Below are positions 62,207 through 64,000 of a stretch of DNA of 64,000 bases, piece by piece. Made by a program: the position numbers and the translations under genes. The notes under the pieces were generated by a model. That model saw only the letters and a list, made by a program, of their open reading frames with translations. It ran no database searches and was not told the origin of the DNA. Each line of letters starts with the position of its first letter. The stretch's first letter is position 1. Source of the stretch: Leptonemataceae bacterium (GTDB taxonomy: Bacteria; Spirochaetota; Leptospiria; Leptospirales; Leptonemataceae); assembly GCA_965227295.1 (NCBI GenBank), contig OZ245742.1:4800001-4864000 (forward strand), in the 5' to 3' direction.

Positions 62207-63262
62207 GTGTTTCTACTAACATTCACGGCGTTGTTATTAACGACAAACCTGTACGCCGGGCCGAAGGCCGGACCGGGTTTCAAGGACTTCGAACGCGCCT
62301 ATGCACTGGAACAAGAGAATCCCGCCGACGCCCTGAAGCTGTACAAACGTGCGCTGCGTCGCGGCCTCGCCCGGGACCTGCGCGAAACCGCCCGGTGGCG
62401 CATGTTCTATCTGTACCGCCGTGAGCAGGATTATCTGCCCGCCCTGCAATTGTTGCCGAAGATTGCAAAGGGCAAGGCCGGGCGGCAATTAACAAAAGAC
62501 TTTCACGAAGAGGTGCGTCGCGCCTACGCCATCGATGCAGACAGCCTGGACGAGGTTCGCCGCGGTCTCGCGACCGTCTCCGTGCCGGAGGCGAAAGGCG
62601 AGTCTTACTATCTTCACCTGGAGAATGCGCTCCGAAAACATCCGGGCAATTTGAAGTTGCTGGATGCCCTGGTTGCGTATCTCGTCGCCCACGATCGTAG
62701 CGCCTTTGCCCTCCGACTTGTGAATGCCTTTCCGGGAACCGATGCCGCCCTGGCCGGCCGTCGCGCCGCCCTGCTCATCGACCTCGGGCGGCCGCGGGAA
62801 GCCCTCGCCCTGCTCGAAGAAAGTGAATCGCAGATCCGGCCCGCGTGTCTGCTCTGGCCCGTCCGCGAGCCGGAAGATCGCAAACATCTGGCCGTCGTAC
62901 ATTACCAGAAAGGCCGCGCGTACCGGGAACTGGACCGGGAGGACGCGGCCGTCGATGAATTCCTGGAAGCAGCGGAGTACGGCGAACGGGTGCGAAACAT
63001 CGCCCTGGCGGCCTACGTCCTCTATCGCTCCGGTCGCGACGAGGATGCGCGGTCGGTATTGCGCCGGCTGAATGCAAGGGAACTGCGCTCTTCGTGCAAC
63101 GCGGGTGCCCTGCACGGCATTTTGCGCTCCCGGCTCCCGAACGAAGCGGCGGCGGCCCGGCAGGAATTGCAGACCTATGTGATTCCAGAGATCCGTGCCG
63201 GAGCCTGCTCGGGCTATCTCGCCGGGGAAGTGCGTAAGGTTCTGCAAGAGAAACGCCGATAA
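62207..63262 (+). CDS. exported TPR-like helical repeat protein
   Basis: Signal-like N-terminus and TPR-like A/L patterns; start codon uncertain. Confidence 0.6.
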   Translation: MFLLTFTALLLTTNLYAGPKAGPGFKDFERAYALEQENPADALKLYKRALRRGLARDLRETARWRMFYLYRREQDYLPALQLLPKIAKGKAGRQLTKDFHEEVRRAYAIDADSLDEVRRGLATVSVPEAKGESYYLHLENALRKHPGNLKLLDALVAYLVAHDRSAFALRLVNAFPGTDAALAGRRAALLIDLGRPREALALLEESESQIRPACLLWPVREPEDRKHLAVVHYQKGRAYRELDREDAAVDEFLEAAEYGERVRNIALAAYVLYRSGRDEDARSVLRRLNARELRSSCNAGALHGILRSRLPNEAAAARQELQTYVIPEIRAGACSGYLAGEVRKVLQEKRR

Positions 63263-63318
63263 AATCATTGACGATTCGTCGGCGTACTGCTTGCGTGTCT
63301 GCATAGAAGGAGCACCGC

Positions 63319-63432
63319 ATGTTCCCCGCAACATCACATACTCACGGCCCGCGCTTCCGCGCATCCTCTCTCCGCACTCCCGGCGGCCTGAGCCTTCTGC
63401 TACTACCCCTCGCCTTCCTATCACTACTATAA
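63319..63432 (+). CDS. putative leucine-rich leader peptide of leuA (37 aa)
   Basis: RBS agaaggag; MFPATSHTHGPRFRASSLRTPGGLSLLLLPLAFLSLL; 9 Leu in the last 14 codons, 5 of them CTA. Confidence 0.8.
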   Translation: MFPATSHTHGPRFRASSLRTPGGLSLLLLPLAFLSLL

Positions 63433-63536
63433 TTCACCGTAACAACGCGTGAATCCTTAACATTTTTCGGGCGTAAACTACGTCCGGCCGGTCTCTGCAT
63501 ACGCCGGCGCAATTTCACATACCCAGGAGTCTTATC

Positions 63537-64000
63537 ATGAAAGCGCATCACAAATACCGTCCTTACCGTCCCGTCCAGCTCACCGACCGCACCTGGCCGG
63601 ATCGTGGCATTCATCACGCCCCGCGCTGGTGCAGCGTGGATCTGCGCGACGGCAACCAGGCCCTGCCCGTCCCCATGAACCCGGACGAGAAACTGGAACT
63701 CTTTCGCACGCTCACGGCGATCGGCTTTGAGGAGATCGAGGCGGGTTTTCCCTCGGCCTCACAGATGGACTTCGAGTTTATTCGGCGTTTGTTCCAGGGG
63801 CGCGATGAAAACGATGCGCCGCTGTGTCCGGAGCACGTTACGATCCAGGTCATTTCCCAGGCGCGGGAGGCGTTGATTCGGCGCACCTTCGAGGCGTTGC
63901 CCGGTTGCCGACGGGCCATCTTTCATCTTTACAATTCGACGAATCCGGAGCAGCGACGACAGGTCTTTCGCCTGGATCGAGCGGGCATCGTCGACATTGC
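63537..64000 (+). CDS. leuA: 2-isopropylmalate synthase (5' part, runs off the window)
   Basis: aggag RBS; MKAHHKYRPY..RTWPD..PRWCSVDLRDGNQAL, EIEAGFPSAS and HLYNST. Confidence 0.93.
   Translation, partial: MKAHHKYRPYRPVQLTDRTWPDRGIHHAPRWCSVDLRDGNQALPVPMNPDEKLELFRTLTAIGFEEIEAGFPSASQMDFEFIRRLFQGRDENDAPLCPEHVTIQVISQAREALIRRTFEALPGCRRAIFHLYNSTNPEQRRQVFRLDRAGIVDI

Overview
High-GC bacterial chromosome segment. Lipoprotein style, the STAS/SpoIIE signalling genes, the desaturase and the Flavo-1-like repeats tentatively suggest a Leptospirales-like spirochaete. Most genes are housekeeping or accessory metabolic: ubiD-family decarboxylase, truncated globin, nrfH-nrfA (His-ligated CXXCH heme-1 variant), mrpAB-C-D-E-F-G followed by a cation-chloride-cotransporter-like permease, ppsA, an ABC-F protein, gluQ, a YbbAP-like ABC transporter, desaturase, cyclophilin, betB and the 5' part of leuA. 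No transposase, integrase, reverse transcriptase, Cas gene, rRNA or tRNA was recognised. The main unexplained signal is non-coding: four tandem arrays (about 13 units, about 4.9 kb, roughly 7.5% of the window) of a 328-330 bp unit. Its stems contain G-U pairs that favour one strand, its alleles are shuffled between copies, it carries three interchangeable hairpin modules, and it supplies stop codons to neighbouring genes. Also present are six Flavo-1-like structured elements, a third inverted-repeat family, and an unannotated CTA-rich leucine leader peptide upstream of leuA. All product calls come from reading motifs by eye; no searches were run.
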